64,000 nt of DNA from Bryobacterales bacterium (GTDB lineage Bacteria > Acidobacteriota > Terriglobia > Bryobacterales > UBA6623). Every line of letters starts with the position of its first letter. The first letter of the stretch is position 1. The stretch is from assembly GCA_963422375.2 (NCBI GenBank), contig OY729428.2, forward strand, positions 640,001 through 704,000. The letters are read 5' to 3'. A model generated the notes under the pieces. The model did no database searches. It was not told where the DNA came from and saw only the letters and a list, made by a program, of their open reading frames with translations. The position numbers and the translations under genes were made by a program. Below, piece by piece: positions 10,348-21,144 of the stretch.

Positions 10348-11403
10348 ATGGCAGGCTGTCACCGAGGTCGGTCCGCGATCTCGCTCGGTCGCGGCGCGCC
10401 GCGACCGCTGGCCGCCCTCGCCGCCTGCGCCGGGCTGCTCGCCGGTGTCGCGGGCGGCGGGGCGACGGAACGCGACTTCGAGCGACTGGTCGCCGAGGAG
10501 CCCCACATGGGGACTGTGGTGCGGATCGAAGCCTACATCCCCGGGGACGCGAGCGCTCCCAAGGCGTTCCGGGCCGCCTTCGACCGGATCGGATTCCTAG
10601 CGCGCAAGTTCTCGAGCTACCGGGAGGATTCCGAACTGCGGCAGGTCGAGAAGCGGGCGGGCCGCGCGCGGGTTTCCGTCTCCCACGAGTTCGCGTTCTT
10701 GCTCGGAGCGGCCCTGCGGATCGCTCGCGAGTCCGGAGGCGCGTTCGACCCCACGGTGGGCCGGGTGACCCGGCTCGCTCGCGCGGACGGATGGCGACGC
10801 GAGGGCCCGTCGGCGCGAGCCCTGCGCGAGGCGTGGCGGCGCACGGGGTGGCGGCGCGTGCGTCTTGACGAGACCAGCCGAAGCGTCCGCTTCGCCCGAC
10901 GGGGGATGCAGCTTGACCTAGGCGGAATCGCCAAAGGGTACATCGCCGACGAGGCGCTCGAGGCGCTCGCCAAGGCGGGGGCGCATCGGGCGATGGTTGC
11001 CGTGGCGGGCGACATCGCGGCGGGTGATCCGCCGCCGGGCGACTCCGGGTGGAGGATCGGCGTAGACGCCTCCGGGCCCGCCGGAAGCGTGGAGCGCCAC
11101 CTCCTGCTGGCCCGCCAAGCGGTGTCGGCGTCGGGAAGCCGGGAGCGACACTTCTACTCGGGCGGCCGCCGCTGCTCGCACATCGTCAACCGCAGGTCTC
11201 CCGAATGCACGGAGTCCCGGTCCGCGGTCAGCGTCGTCGCGCCGACCGGGCTGCTCGCGGACGGGCTGGCGACAGCCCTCGCCGCTCTGGGGCCGGACCG
11301 GGCCGAGCCGCTGCTGGCGAGGCATCCGGAAGTCGTCGCGTACTGGTCCGCCGACGGCCCCGGCGGGACCGAGGCAAGCGCCCGTTCGGGCCGGGAGCGA
11401 TGA
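10348..11403 (+). CDS. apbE: FAD:protein FMN transferase (ApbE family)
   Basis: Signal-like N-terminus, [36 protein letters not shown] motifs. Confidence 0.9.
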   Translation: MAGCHRGRSAISLGRGAPRPLAALAACAGLLAGVAGGGATERDFERLVAEEPHMGTVVRIEAYIPGDASAPKAFRAAFDRIGFLARKFSSYREDSELRQVEKRAGRARVSVSHEFAFLLGAALRIARESGGAFDPTVGRVTRLARADGWRREGPSARALREAWRRTGWRRVRLDETSRSVRFARRGMQLDLGGIAKGYIADEALEALAKAGAHRAMVAVAGDIAAGDPPPGDSGWRIGVDASGPAGSVERHLLLARQAVSASGSRERHFYSGGRRCSHIVNRRSPECTESRSAVSVVAPTGLLADGLATALAALGPDRAEPLLARHPEVVAYWSADGPGGTEASARSGRER

Positions 11404-11811
11404 CCAGCGCTGCTGCGCCCGACATGGGTGACGCTCCTGCACGTCAGGCACGGGCCGCCTAGCTGCGCGAGCGCGGCGCACAAGCGAAGGGACACGGGGC
11501 CGCCGGCACCGGGGCCCGACAGGTCGGGCCGACCGGCAGTCCCGGCGGTGCGCGGCGACCACCGCAGACGCCAAGCGATCACGGACGGCCCACGCCCGCA
11601 ACGGTGCCGGGAGCAGAGACGGCCCTTCCGCCGCCGCGCGCTTCACTTGCTGCCACCTCGCGCGTCGCTGGCAGCCGGGATCATGGCAGCCCCGTCGCCG
11701 ATGTGCTCCCGGAGCTCGGGGGCTCAAGCGTCGGGGGAGCCAGCGTTCCGCCCCCGGGGCTGATGCACTTCCAGTGCGGCCAATGGATTCCTCGTGCTGA
11801 ACGCGTGATAG

Positions 11812-13020
11812 TCATCGCCAACTCAGACGTTTGCCGACGGTACCGCGGTCATGGCCGAGGTTCGAGGCTACCGCAAGCGCGTTGAGAGCCTGCAAGATGT
11901 TGATCGGGGCGATTGCGTCCGCATCGCCGGAGTAGCCGCAGAGCTTGCACGCGTACCTCTTGCTCTGGCGATGGCTCGCCTCCACCTCGGCGCAGCGATG
12001 GCACCGCCGCGACGTATAGGCGGGATCGACTTGCTCGAAGATGCGACCGGCCCGCTCTGCCTTGCATGCAAGCTGCCCTTGCGACAATCCACGGGACTGG
12101 CTCGGAATCGAGCGACTCAAGCCAGCCTTGTGCCTGACGTTCGATCCGGTCGCCTCGGCCGTGCCCTTCGGGGAACGAGTCATGGCGTTGATCCTCAAGT
12201 CCGCGGCAACCAGCGCGCCGTGCCGGTGGACCAGGCGCGTGGAGGCGCGATGGCGGGCATTGCGCTTCGACTCATGCCGCTTCCCATGCACCCTCGCCAG
12301 CGGGCGCACGCGCTTGCTGCGAGTCCGGCGGCCCTTCTTGCACCGCCCGACCGCCCGGCTGCGCTTGCGGATCGTCTGGCGTTGCTGCGAATCGTCCACT
12401 CTCGTGACCCGCTCGCCCTCGCGGGTGGCGAGTTGATCCGCCACGCCCAGGTCGATACCGATGGCCGGGCCGCTCGGCGCCAGCGGCTGCTCGTCCGCGC
12501 CGTCGAGCACGAGATCGACATTGATGCCGACATCCGTGCGAGTGGTGCGCACGAGCTTCGGCTCGAGAGTCGGAACCTCCCGCTGCGGCTCGACAGCGAC
12601 CCTTGGCAGACCCTTGATCCGCGGGACGTAGCGACCGTTGCCGCGTGCCCATAGCGTCGGAGAACGCAAGCACTCAATCGCGCGCAACCGGCTGGTCAGC
12701 TTGAATCGCGGAAAGCCCTGCTTCGCGCCGTCCCTGCGGGGCTGGAAGAAGGCATTGAACACCTTGTCCACGCGAGACGGCGTGGCTTCGAGCACATTCC
12801 CGTAGACGCTGCCGAGCTGGTCGAGCTCCGCCTTGCGAAGCTGGGGCAGGCATTCGGATTGGTCGAAGTACGTGACAGACTTGGAGCGCTCCTCCCAGGC
12901 CGCCTTCCTCCCGGCTAGCGCCGAGTTGTAGAGCCAGCGCAACCAGCCCGGCACGGCATCGATGCGAGCGCATCCGGACTTGCGACACTACCCGCGCTCT
13001 TGGATTGTGACCGTAGCGTA
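11812..13020 (-). pseudogene. tnpB: Degenerate IS200/IS605 TnpB RNA-guided nuclease
   Basis: RWLYNSAL, FPRFK, RuvC-I GIDLG, RuvC-II LVAADL (Glu replaced by Ala), YTSRRCHRC/CKLCG zinc finger, DADAIAPINI; in-frame TAG at 12988-12990 interrupts the N-terminus. Confidence 0.85.
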
Positions 13021-13155
13021 GCCGTCACTGGCTTCATCCTGTGGTCTGCAAGACGCCCCGTCAGCCGTCGGCACGGAATCGGTGCGACTACTGTCGACTC
13101 TCTCTGAAGCCGAGTGCCGGTCTAGACTAGTGGGGACCGGTACCGTCGCAAGTTC

Positions 13156-14843
13156 GTGCAGATCATCGCCAAGGACGACCGCATCTACGAGGCCGTAGTC
13201 GTCGGCTCCGGCGCGACAGGCGGCTGGGTGGCCAAGACGCTGGCCGAGGCCGGAATGCGCGTGGCCCTGCTGGAAGCCGGGCATCGCACGACCGAGGCCG
13301 AATTCACCGAGCATCTGCGGGCCTACGACCTCAAGTACCGAGGCAGGTCCCCGGAAATCGCCCGCAACCGTCGCATCCAAAGCATGAAATACGCCTGCCG
13401 GGAGTCGAACTTCGAATGGTTCGTCGACGACGTCAAGAATCCCTACACCTACCCCGAGGGCAAGCCTTCCAGTGGACCCGCGGCCGCCAGCTCGGCGGCC
13501 GTTCGCTGACGTGGGCCCGCCAGAGCTACCGCCTCTCCCCGCTGGACTTCTCCGCCGCGAGCCATGACGGCTACGGCGAGAACTGGCCGGTGACCTACGA
13601 GGAGATGGTCCCCTACTACGAGAAGGTCGAGCGCTACGCGGGAATCAGCGGCGAACCGCTCGGCTTGATGCAGTTCCCGGACAGCGTCATGCAGCCCCCG
13701 ATGGCGATGACATGCGGCGAGAGGCACTTCAAGGACCGAGTCAGCGCTCGCTTCGACCGGCATGTCACGATCGGCCGGAGCGCGGTCCTGACCAAGGCGC
13801 TCAACGGGCGGCAGCCCTGCCATTACTGCGGGCCGTGCGAGCACGGCTGCGTCACGCATTCCTACTTCTCGAGCCTCTGGACGACGGTCGCCGACGCCGA
13901 GAGGTCGGGGAACTGCGACGTCCTGACCGATGCCGTCGTCTCGCACGTAACCGCTGACAGGAACTCGGGTCTCGCGAACGGCGTCGCCTACTTCGACCGG
14001 CTGACGCGCGCTCCGAGACAGATTCGAGCGAAGGCGGTCGTCCTGTCGGCGTCCGCCTTGGAATCGACGCGCATCCTGCTGAATTCGGGCAAGGGCTTCT
14101 GCAATTCGTCCGGCGCTCTCGGCCGCTACGTGATGGATCACATGTACGGCGGGGTTTCGGGAGTCCTGCCCGTGAAGGAAGACAGGAGGTGGGCCGGCCC
14201 TCCGAGCCGCCCCAACGGGCTGTACCTGCCGCGCTACCTCAATGTCGACCGCTCCCACACTGACGGCATGATTCGCGGCTTCGGCGCCCAGATGCGCAAC
14301 GGCTCCAGCTACGGCTCCCCCGGCGCGATCACCCGCGTGCCCGGCTTCGGGGCCCGCTTCAAGCAGGCGGTGCGCGAGTCGGAGAACTGGTGGCGCTTCG
14401 GGATCAGCACGTCAAGCGAGTGCCTGGCCCGCCACGAGAACTACGTCGAGCTCGACCCTCATGTCAGGGACGCTTGGGGCATTCCGGCGCTCCGGATGAA
14501 CGTGACTTGGGGAGACAACGAGATACGCTTGTTCCGGTACTCGGCGGACGCCGGCGAGGAAATGCTGCGGGCCGCCGGCGCCCGTGACATCCGCAAGATC
14601 GAGACCCCGCGCTGGCCCGGCGGCGCCACCCACGAGGTCGGGGCGGCGCGCATGGGGAACGACCCGCGCAAGTCCGTCCTCAACAAGTGGAACCAAGCTC
14701 ACGACTTGAGAAACTTATTCGTGACGGACGGTGCCGCGTTTGTGTCGATCGGCTGCGTGAATCCGACGCTGACGATGATGGCCCTCGCCCTCCGAGCATC
14801 GGAGTACCTCGTGGACGCTGCCAAGCGCGGCGATCTAGGCTGA
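13156..14843 (+). CDS. GMC-family oxidoreductase, single frameshift near 13466
   Basis: VVVGSGATGG FAD motif in frame 1; RGRQLGGRSLTW, CHYCGPC, HEVGAARMG, NPTLTMMALA in frame 2; one added C gives GKPFQWTRG. Confidence 0.88.
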
Positions 14844-14903
14844 CGCCAACTGGCGGCGCAGCGCTATCGATGAGGCTCCGCGGGATGCTAGAGGGATATT
14901 CCA

Positions 14904-15191
14904 GTGAATCTAGGCGATCTAGAGCGTGTCGCTGCGGGCGGAGTGTCGGATCAGGTAGAATTCAAGAAATCGACTGCTCTTCTCAAGAGCGCATCTGAGA
15001 CAACCTGCGATTTCCTCCATGCAAATGGCGGCATAGTGCTGATCGGTGAAACGCTTGGCAGCAAGATTCTGGGCTAGGATGTCGGTTCGTTCTGCTTGCG
15101 ATTCCTCGCCCGAAATCATGTCACTCTCCTAGGTCTTACGTATCGCCTGACGGATCGGCAGCGTGAAATCTTGCGGCTCATCGCCCGGGGG
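14904..15191 (+). pseudogene. Remnant of AlbA_2 (Schlafen-like) domain ATP-binding/HTH protein
   Basis: 14904-15077 reads MNLGDLERVAAGGVSDQVEFKKST...ETTCDFLHANGGIVLIG*; 15141 onward reads YRLTDRQREILRLIARG (HTH-like). Confidence 0.65.
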
Positions 15192-16378
15192 CACAGACTT
15201 CCCGAGGTCGCGGAGCGGAGCGAGTCTCGGACCTGCCGAGAGTCCTGTTTTCACATGTAGTTTCCGGGATCGGCCGAATAAAGTCAGACTCATTCGTCCG
15301 GTCGCGGTCTTGAGACGGGTCCACTCGTCTGGAGCCCTCATCCTAGGCGTCGAAACTGTCACTGCCGGGCCGAGAGTCCGCGCCGGGGCTGTTGGACGCG
15401 GCGCGACGCGCCTCGACGGCGGCGATACCGGTCCGTCGTGATCCTTGCCGGGCCCGCTTGCGGCTGGTGCGCTGCTCCCGGTCCGTCGGAGCCGTCCCAT
15501 ATTGCGACATCGCTAACGAGACGACCACGGGACGTCCGGGGACAGGGCAACCCTGCGGTCCATCGTCCTAGGCTGGGCGAATGCCCCGGCAACGGCGACA
15601 GCCCGGAATGACCCGTACGGCTCGAAGCGACTCGGTCTCCATGTTTCCGGGGGCTACGGCCGCGGTGCCGCGTGGCACATCCGGCAGAGCGCCAGCAACG
15701 GGGGAGTTAGGCTGCCGACGTGCGGCAATGCGCGGATCCGGGCTTGGAACCATGTGCCAGATGGTTGCTGGATTCGGTGCCAACGGCTGGCGTTCTGGCT
15801 CGCGCTTGAAGCGTGGAACTCTTGTGACTCCCCGGTGCGCTTGCAGTCGAGCGCGTCGCCTGCTCCGGACCGGACTGGACCCCTTGGAGCCTCGGCTTCC
15901 AACCTTGGGTGGGAACGCTACCACCCGGCCCGAAGGGGCGGCGCTGGGGCTTGACGGCCCGAGTCAGCACTCGAACGGACCGCGCTTTCCCGAATCGATC
16001 TCTCGGGCGCCTCGGGACTCGGTGCGTCCCGTGAACCTGTCCCGTCCTCCGGCGAGGTCGCCGCGACAAGCCCCGAGGGAGCGAGCCCCTAGTTCGGGCC
16101 GTTCGCCGGCCTTGGACCGGCTTCGACGTACCGCTGCAGCGCGAACTTCACCGTGCGGCAGGATGAGCGCCGTTCCCTAATTCGCGGACTTCGCGGTGCC
16201 GATGGTGCTCGGCGCCCGCGGCGATGGCTCGACTCGGCTCCAGAAATAAGCTGGCAATAGGCTGGAATTCGACGATCCATCCTTGATTGCCACGTGGCTT
16301 CCCTACCTGCACGAAATCCAACTGTACCTATGCTAGCCAGCGTTCACTCTCGCAGATTCTTCGGGATCACCCTCCTCG

Positions 16379-17261
16379 CTACAAGCGGCCGGAGGGACCG
16401 CTGACAGGAGATCCGCCAGTGACCTGAAAGATGCCAAGGCCGAACATGCCGGGAATGGCAAACGGAAGAGCGCCGAGCTCCGCCCGCAGAGGAGCCTCCA
16501 AGTCCTTGAGACCGAAATTCTCTCGCGTCACCAGTCCCTGCCCCGCCATCAGATCGTCCATCCCGCGTACCGAGTACGCGCTGCGCATCGGCTCGTAGCA
16601 CGAGTCGACCAAGGCCAAGAGCGCTTCCCGAATCCGTCGGCAGCGCGGATCGGAAGAATCCTAGTCCAGCAAGTAGTCCACAGCCACACGTGTCCCGGGA
16701 GCCAGGCGCGTCGCGATGGAACTGGCGGCTTGCGCCAGCTCACCGGGCGTCAGGCAGTGGGCCACGCCCAGCATCGAGACGAGGGCGGGCTGCGAAGCGT
16801 CCAACGCCGAGCCGTCCATCGCATCGGCCACCGGGACGTCGGCCAGATCGGCCGCTACGGATGCGACCAAGCTTCCTTTCCTGCTCCCGCGGGCGGTCGA
16901 TCTCGAAGACGGCCGCGCGCCCCAGCGGGTCGGCCCGGCGCCAAGCGAAGGAATCCATGCCGGCACTCACGATGACGCACTGGGCCACTCCTTCCCGGAT
17001 CGCCTCTTCCAGCGCCTGCTCAACGTAGCGAGCCCGTACCACCACGCTCATGCTCGCCGGCACGATCAGGCCCAGCCAGTACCTCGTCACGAGCCACCCT
17101 AGTGAGCAGTACCGCAGCGCGAGGCCGAGCGCGGGCCCGCAGGGCAGCCTCGGGTACGGATCGCGCATCACGGGCGAGCGGTAGAGCAGGTGCCATGCCC
17201 GCTCGAATGCCACGAAGTCCGCCTTGGAAGGGGCCCAGTGCCTGCTGCCTGGCATTTGCAC
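16379..17261 (-). pseudogene. SAM-dependent methyltransferase (LCM/O-methyltransferase-like), multiple frameshifts
   Basis: VVRARYVEQAL, QCVIVSAGMDSFAWR, VFEID, VAADL, LGVAHCL fragments spread over several frames. Confidence 0.75.
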
Positions 17262-17458
17262 TCCCGGCTCGCTTCGGAGACCCGACGCGGTGCGCGAGCT
17301 TGCCTGAAGGCAGGGGCAGTCTCGCGGGACGGTTCGGTACTGGCGGCCCCGGGCAAGCCTGCGGGCGACTGGCGTGCCTCACGCCAAGGCCGCAGCCGGG
17401 GCGGCGCGCACGCCGCTAGCTGAAGCCGGAACCGAGCTCTCGAGACGCCCCGAGGCAA

Positions 17459-17533
<75 letters not shown>

Positions 17534-17565
17534 GATTTGCCGGACCTCCTAGCCCTTCGGTAGCT

Positions 17566-17641
17566 TGGAGCGGGAGACGGGACTCGAACCCGCGACATCG
17601 ACCTTGGCAAGGTCGCACTCTACCAACTGAGTTACTCCCGC
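17566..17641 (-). tRNA. tRNA-Gly(GCC)
   Basis: GCGGGAGTAACTCAGTTGGTAGAGTGCGACCTTGCCAAGGTCG...GTTCGAGTCC...CCCGCTCCA. Confidence 0.97.
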
Positions 17642-17822
17642 TGGCTAGATCTGAGTGTAGCCTAACACACGCGGTGCGTCAACACCCCGGCAACGGAATC
17701 CCGCCTGCCAACGCGTCCGATACCATCGACTGGCCCGCCCGCGGGGAATACACGCGGGGTATAATCGGGTCACGGGGACGGCTCGCAGCCGTTCCGGCGG
17801 GCCTTCCGGCGAGGCGCTTGCC

Positions 17823-18818
17823 ATGCCGAGCATGGAGTTCAGAATCCGAGTTCGTCGAGCGGCTCTGCGCCTGCACCGCTCGATCCGCGAGGCGCGGATG
17901 ATCGCCAAGGCGCTGGTGGACACCGACCATCCGGTGCTGGCGCACCTAATTCCTACCCGGCGCTGCAACATCGCTTGCGCGTACTGCAACGAGTACGACG
18001 ACTTCTCGCGGCCGGTGCCGATCGACGTCCTCTGCCGCCGGACCGACCGCCTCGCGGACCTAGGCGTCAGCGTCGTCACGCTCAGCGGCGGCGAGCCGAT
18101 GCTCCATCCGCAGCTCGACGACCTGATCCGCCGCATCCGGGAGCGCAGGATGATCGCTGGCCTGATCACCAACGGGTACCTGCTCGGGCCCCGTCGCATC
18201 AGGCAGCTCAACGACGCAGGCCTGGAGTACCTCCAGATCAGCATCGACAATGTCGTGCCCGACGAGACGTCCATGAAGAGCTTGCGCGTGCTGGACCAAA
18301 AGCTCGCCATGCTATCCGAGCACGCCGACTTCGACGTGAACATCAACTCCGTGGTGGGCGCAGGCATCCCGAATCCCGGGGACGCCTATGCGGTGGCTCG
18401 GCGGGCGCTGGATCTCGGCTTCACCAGCACCGTCGGAGTCATCCACGACAGCGACGGCCAGCTGCGGCCGCTAGGAAGGACCGAACGGCAGGTTTACAAC
18501 CAAGTCAAGGCCCTCTCCAAGCGCGGCTACAGCCGCCTGACTTTCTTCCAGGACAATCTCGTGGAAGGAAGAACGAACAAGTGGTCCTGCCGGGCGGGCG
18601 CCCGCTACCTCTACGTGTGCGAGGACGGCCTGGTCCACTACTGCTCGCAGCAGAGAGGCACCCCGGGCATTCCCTTGGAAGAATACGGCGTCGCGGACAT
18701 TCGCGGGGCGTACAAGACACCCAAGTCCTGCGCTCCGGCCTGCACGGTGTCGTGCGTCCACAAGGCGTCCGCCGTGGACTTCTGGCGGGATCACCACCGG
18801 CCCCCCGCCCGAGTTTGA
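17823..18818 (+). CDS. Radical SAM protein with Cys-rich C-terminal extension
   Basis: CNIACAYC, SGGEP, ITNG motifs; C-terminal CRAG...YC...CAPACTVSC; TATAAT upstream at 17760. Confidence 0.88.
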   Translation: MPSMEFRIRVRRAALRLHRSIREARMIAKALVDTDHPVLAHLIPTRRCNIACAYCNEYDDFSRPVPIDVLCRRTDRLADLGVSVVTLSGGEPMLHPQLDDLIRRIRERRMIAGLITNGYLLGPRRIRQLNDAGLEYLQISIDNVVPDETSMKSLRVLDQKLAMLSEHADFDVNINSVVGAGIPNPGDAYAVARRALDLGFTSTVGVIHDSDGQLRPLGRTERQVYNQVKALSKRGYSRLTFFQDNLVEGRTNKWSCRAGARYLYVCEDGLVHYCSQQRGTPGIPLEEYGVADIRGAYKTPKSCAPACTVSCVHKASAVDFWRDHHRPPARV

Positions 18819-18838
18819 GGCACGGGCCGCCCGGTCCG

Positions 18839-20170
18839 TCAATCGGTCGGCAGCCAGCCGCAGTCCCTGCCCTCCGCGCATAGAAACACGCGACCCCCGG
18901 GAATCGGGTGCGCCCGCGCCCAAGCCTCGCCGTTGACGAGCAGCGCCGTCGACCAAGCCTCCGTGTCGATGGCCAGCGGGGCGATAACAGAAACCGCGGC
19001 CACTCCGGCCGCGGGCCGCCCCGAGCGGGGATCGATAATGTGGCCGTATCGCTTCCCGCCCTTCTCGAAGAACGATTCGTACGACCCCGATGCCGAAAGC
19101 GCCTCGTCCCTTAGAGTCACGGTGGCCACCGGCCTGCCGTCGCTCCGCGGGCCGCGCAGGTCCAAGCTCCATCCCCCGCCGTCCGGAGGCGCCCCTAGCG
19201 CGAACACGCTGCTGCCGCCCGAGCTGACCAGCGCGGCCTCGATGCCCCGCGCGCGAAGAGCTGCGACCGCCCGGTCCACCGCGTAACCCTTCCCGATCCC
19301 GCCCGGATCCAGCAAAAGGCTCGACCGCCGGAATCGAACGGTGCGCTCGTGCCGGTTCAACTCGAGGTGGCGGTAGCCGCTGTTCCGCCGGGCCCGCCAG
19401 AGGGTCCAAGGCCACGGCATGACCCCATCGCCCTTGTAGAATCCCCACGCGCTGACCAAGGCCCCGACCGTGATGTCGAAGGCCCCTTCGGTTTCCCGCG
19501 CATAGCGCAGGCAGCGGTCGAGCAGGTCCGCCATCTCCGGCGAGATCTTGACCGGGCCGCGGGCCGCCTCGCGGTTGATGCGGCTGAGCTCGCTGTCCTG
19601 CTTGTAATTGCTCAGGAAGGCGTCCACGCGGCGGGCCTCGTCAAAGGCCGCGGTGACCGCGCCGGCCGCCGCGCTCTTGGTGGATGCGTAGCAAGCGATG
19701 CGGAACTCGCTGCCCATGATGGCCGACGACAACTCCAAGCGCTCCAACCCGAGCGCGTAGGCTGGCGAGGCGAACTGCAGGGCCGTCGCGGCCAAGACGG
19801 CAGCCAGTCCCTTGCGGATCCGCTTGCGGATCCGATCCAGCAGCTCGTCCATGCGCCGCGCATGCCGCTCTCCCAGGTCGAGCGCGAAGCGCAGCTCCGG
19901 GACGTGGCGCATGCGCAGGCTCTGCGCCAGCGCCTTGCGAATGAAGGGGGTGGCCCGCTCCAGCGCCTCCACCGGCCGCGGGTCCGCTTCCGCAGGGGTC
20001 GCCGGATCCCACGGCGCGACGAAGACGCGGGCGGAGCGCTTGTCCGGCGACAAGACAACCCGGCTTACACGCACGGCCGCCACGTCCGGGTCGCGAACTT
20101 CGCCCGCCACGATCCGCGTCAGCTCCCGCAGAAGCGTGCTCTCGGCGCGGTCGTGCCTGAACGACGGCAT
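18839..20170 (-). CDS. rbfA: RbfA (30S ribosome-binding factor A) fused to an ApbE-family flavin transferase
   Basis: aa 1-117: EVRDP...VSRVVLSPDKRSARVFV...FIRKAL...LRMRHVPELRFALD (RbfA); aa 115-139 signal-like segment; aa 140-443: MGS, GAFDITVG, LDPGGIGKGYAVD, HIIDPRSG (ApbE). Confidence 0.85.
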   Translation of the reverse strand: MPSFRHDRAESTLLRELTRIVAGEVRDPDVAAVRVSRVVLSPDKRSARVFVAPWDPATPAEADPRPVEALERATPFIRKALAQSLRMRHVPELRFALDLGERHARRMDELLDRIRKRIRKGLAAVLAATALQFASPAYALGLERLELSSAIMGSEFRIACYASTKSAAAGAVTAAFDEARRVDAFLSNYKQDSELSRINREAARGPVKISPEMADLLDRCLRYARETEGAFDITVGALVSAWGFYKGDGVMPWPWTLWRARRNSGYRHLELNRHERTVRFRRSSLLLDPGGIGKGYAVDRAVAALRARGIEAALVSSGGSSVFALGAPPDGGGWSLDLRGPRSDGRPVATVTLRDEALSASGSYESFFEKGGKRYGHIIDPRSGRPAAGVAAVSVIAPLAIDTEAWSTALLVNGEAWARAHPIPGGRVFLCAEGRDCGWLPTD

Positions 20171-21144
20171 TCCTCGTGCCCATCATGGCACAGGGCTTCC
20201 GGCCCGCGGGACGTAGGAACGGCGGGGAGCGCGGCGGGGAGACGCGGCGACAGGATCGAATCGGGCGGAAACCGAAGCGGATCGGAGTTGAGCGAATCCG
20301 GGCTCAAGCCAGATTCATCTGCCCCCAACACTTGGCGAGGAGCGGGCGGACTGGATGGCATGCAGGTACTCTTCGCCGGCCCGGTCAACCGGCCGCCGTA
20401 CTCCCGTGCGTGCGAATTCCGAGCAGTGCAGTGCGCAGGACAGGAAACCATCATGGCGGTCGGCTCGCCTTGCCCGCCGAAGGTGAGTTTCCGCCCTACC
20501 CTTCGCGCCTCTTGGACTCGATTACCGACACTATTCTTCGCAGAAATTCTTTGCAGAATGCGATCTCAACTAGAGGCACCAATAGGCTTCTACTTCGACT
20601 GACTCGTAGATTCATTGTCTTTCAGTCGTGACAGCCATCGCCGAAAGACTTCACCGAAATCGCTGGCGAGACCGTTCTGGGCGGGGTGGCGCCGGGCCGC
20701 CACTTGCCAGCGAAGCGCTGGATCGCCTGCCTGCTCGACGCCGGCACCGCGGTCACGCTTGCGCGGCGATCGACCGGCCCTCGAAGGGAAGGTCGCTCAA
20801 GCGTTCGAAGCGCGCGAGGGCCTTGGGCAGGGACACCGGGCGGCGGCAGTCCACGCGGGCCGCTCGCAGCAGCGTCACGCCGCAGAGCGCAGTAGCGCCC
20901 GAAGGGCCGCCTCCGGCTCAAGCGGACGACCGCCGGTCTGAGGCGGGACAGCGCACGGCGGTGACCGGGAAGGCATTCGCGTTGCCCCTGACGCCTGCCG
21001 ACATGTCCTCCGGCGCCAGCTCGTGCAGGCCTGGCACCGCGGGCGGCAGCGGCGGGAATCGCAGCGCGGTCCGCACACAAGCCGCGCGGCCGCGGACCGC
21101 CCCGCAGGGAGCCGGTGTGCAATTCTGAGAAGAGTGGGGCGTGC

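Noticed and set aside
12240..12249. 10-bp match to the tRNA-Cys 3' end (TGGAGGCGCG) as an att site
   Set aside because: Too short for high-GC DNA and lies inside tnpB coding sequence
12988..12990. Amber readthrough or recoding in tnpB
   Set aside because: TAG is a normal stop for many genes here (e.g. secA, argD); other degenerate changes favour simple decay
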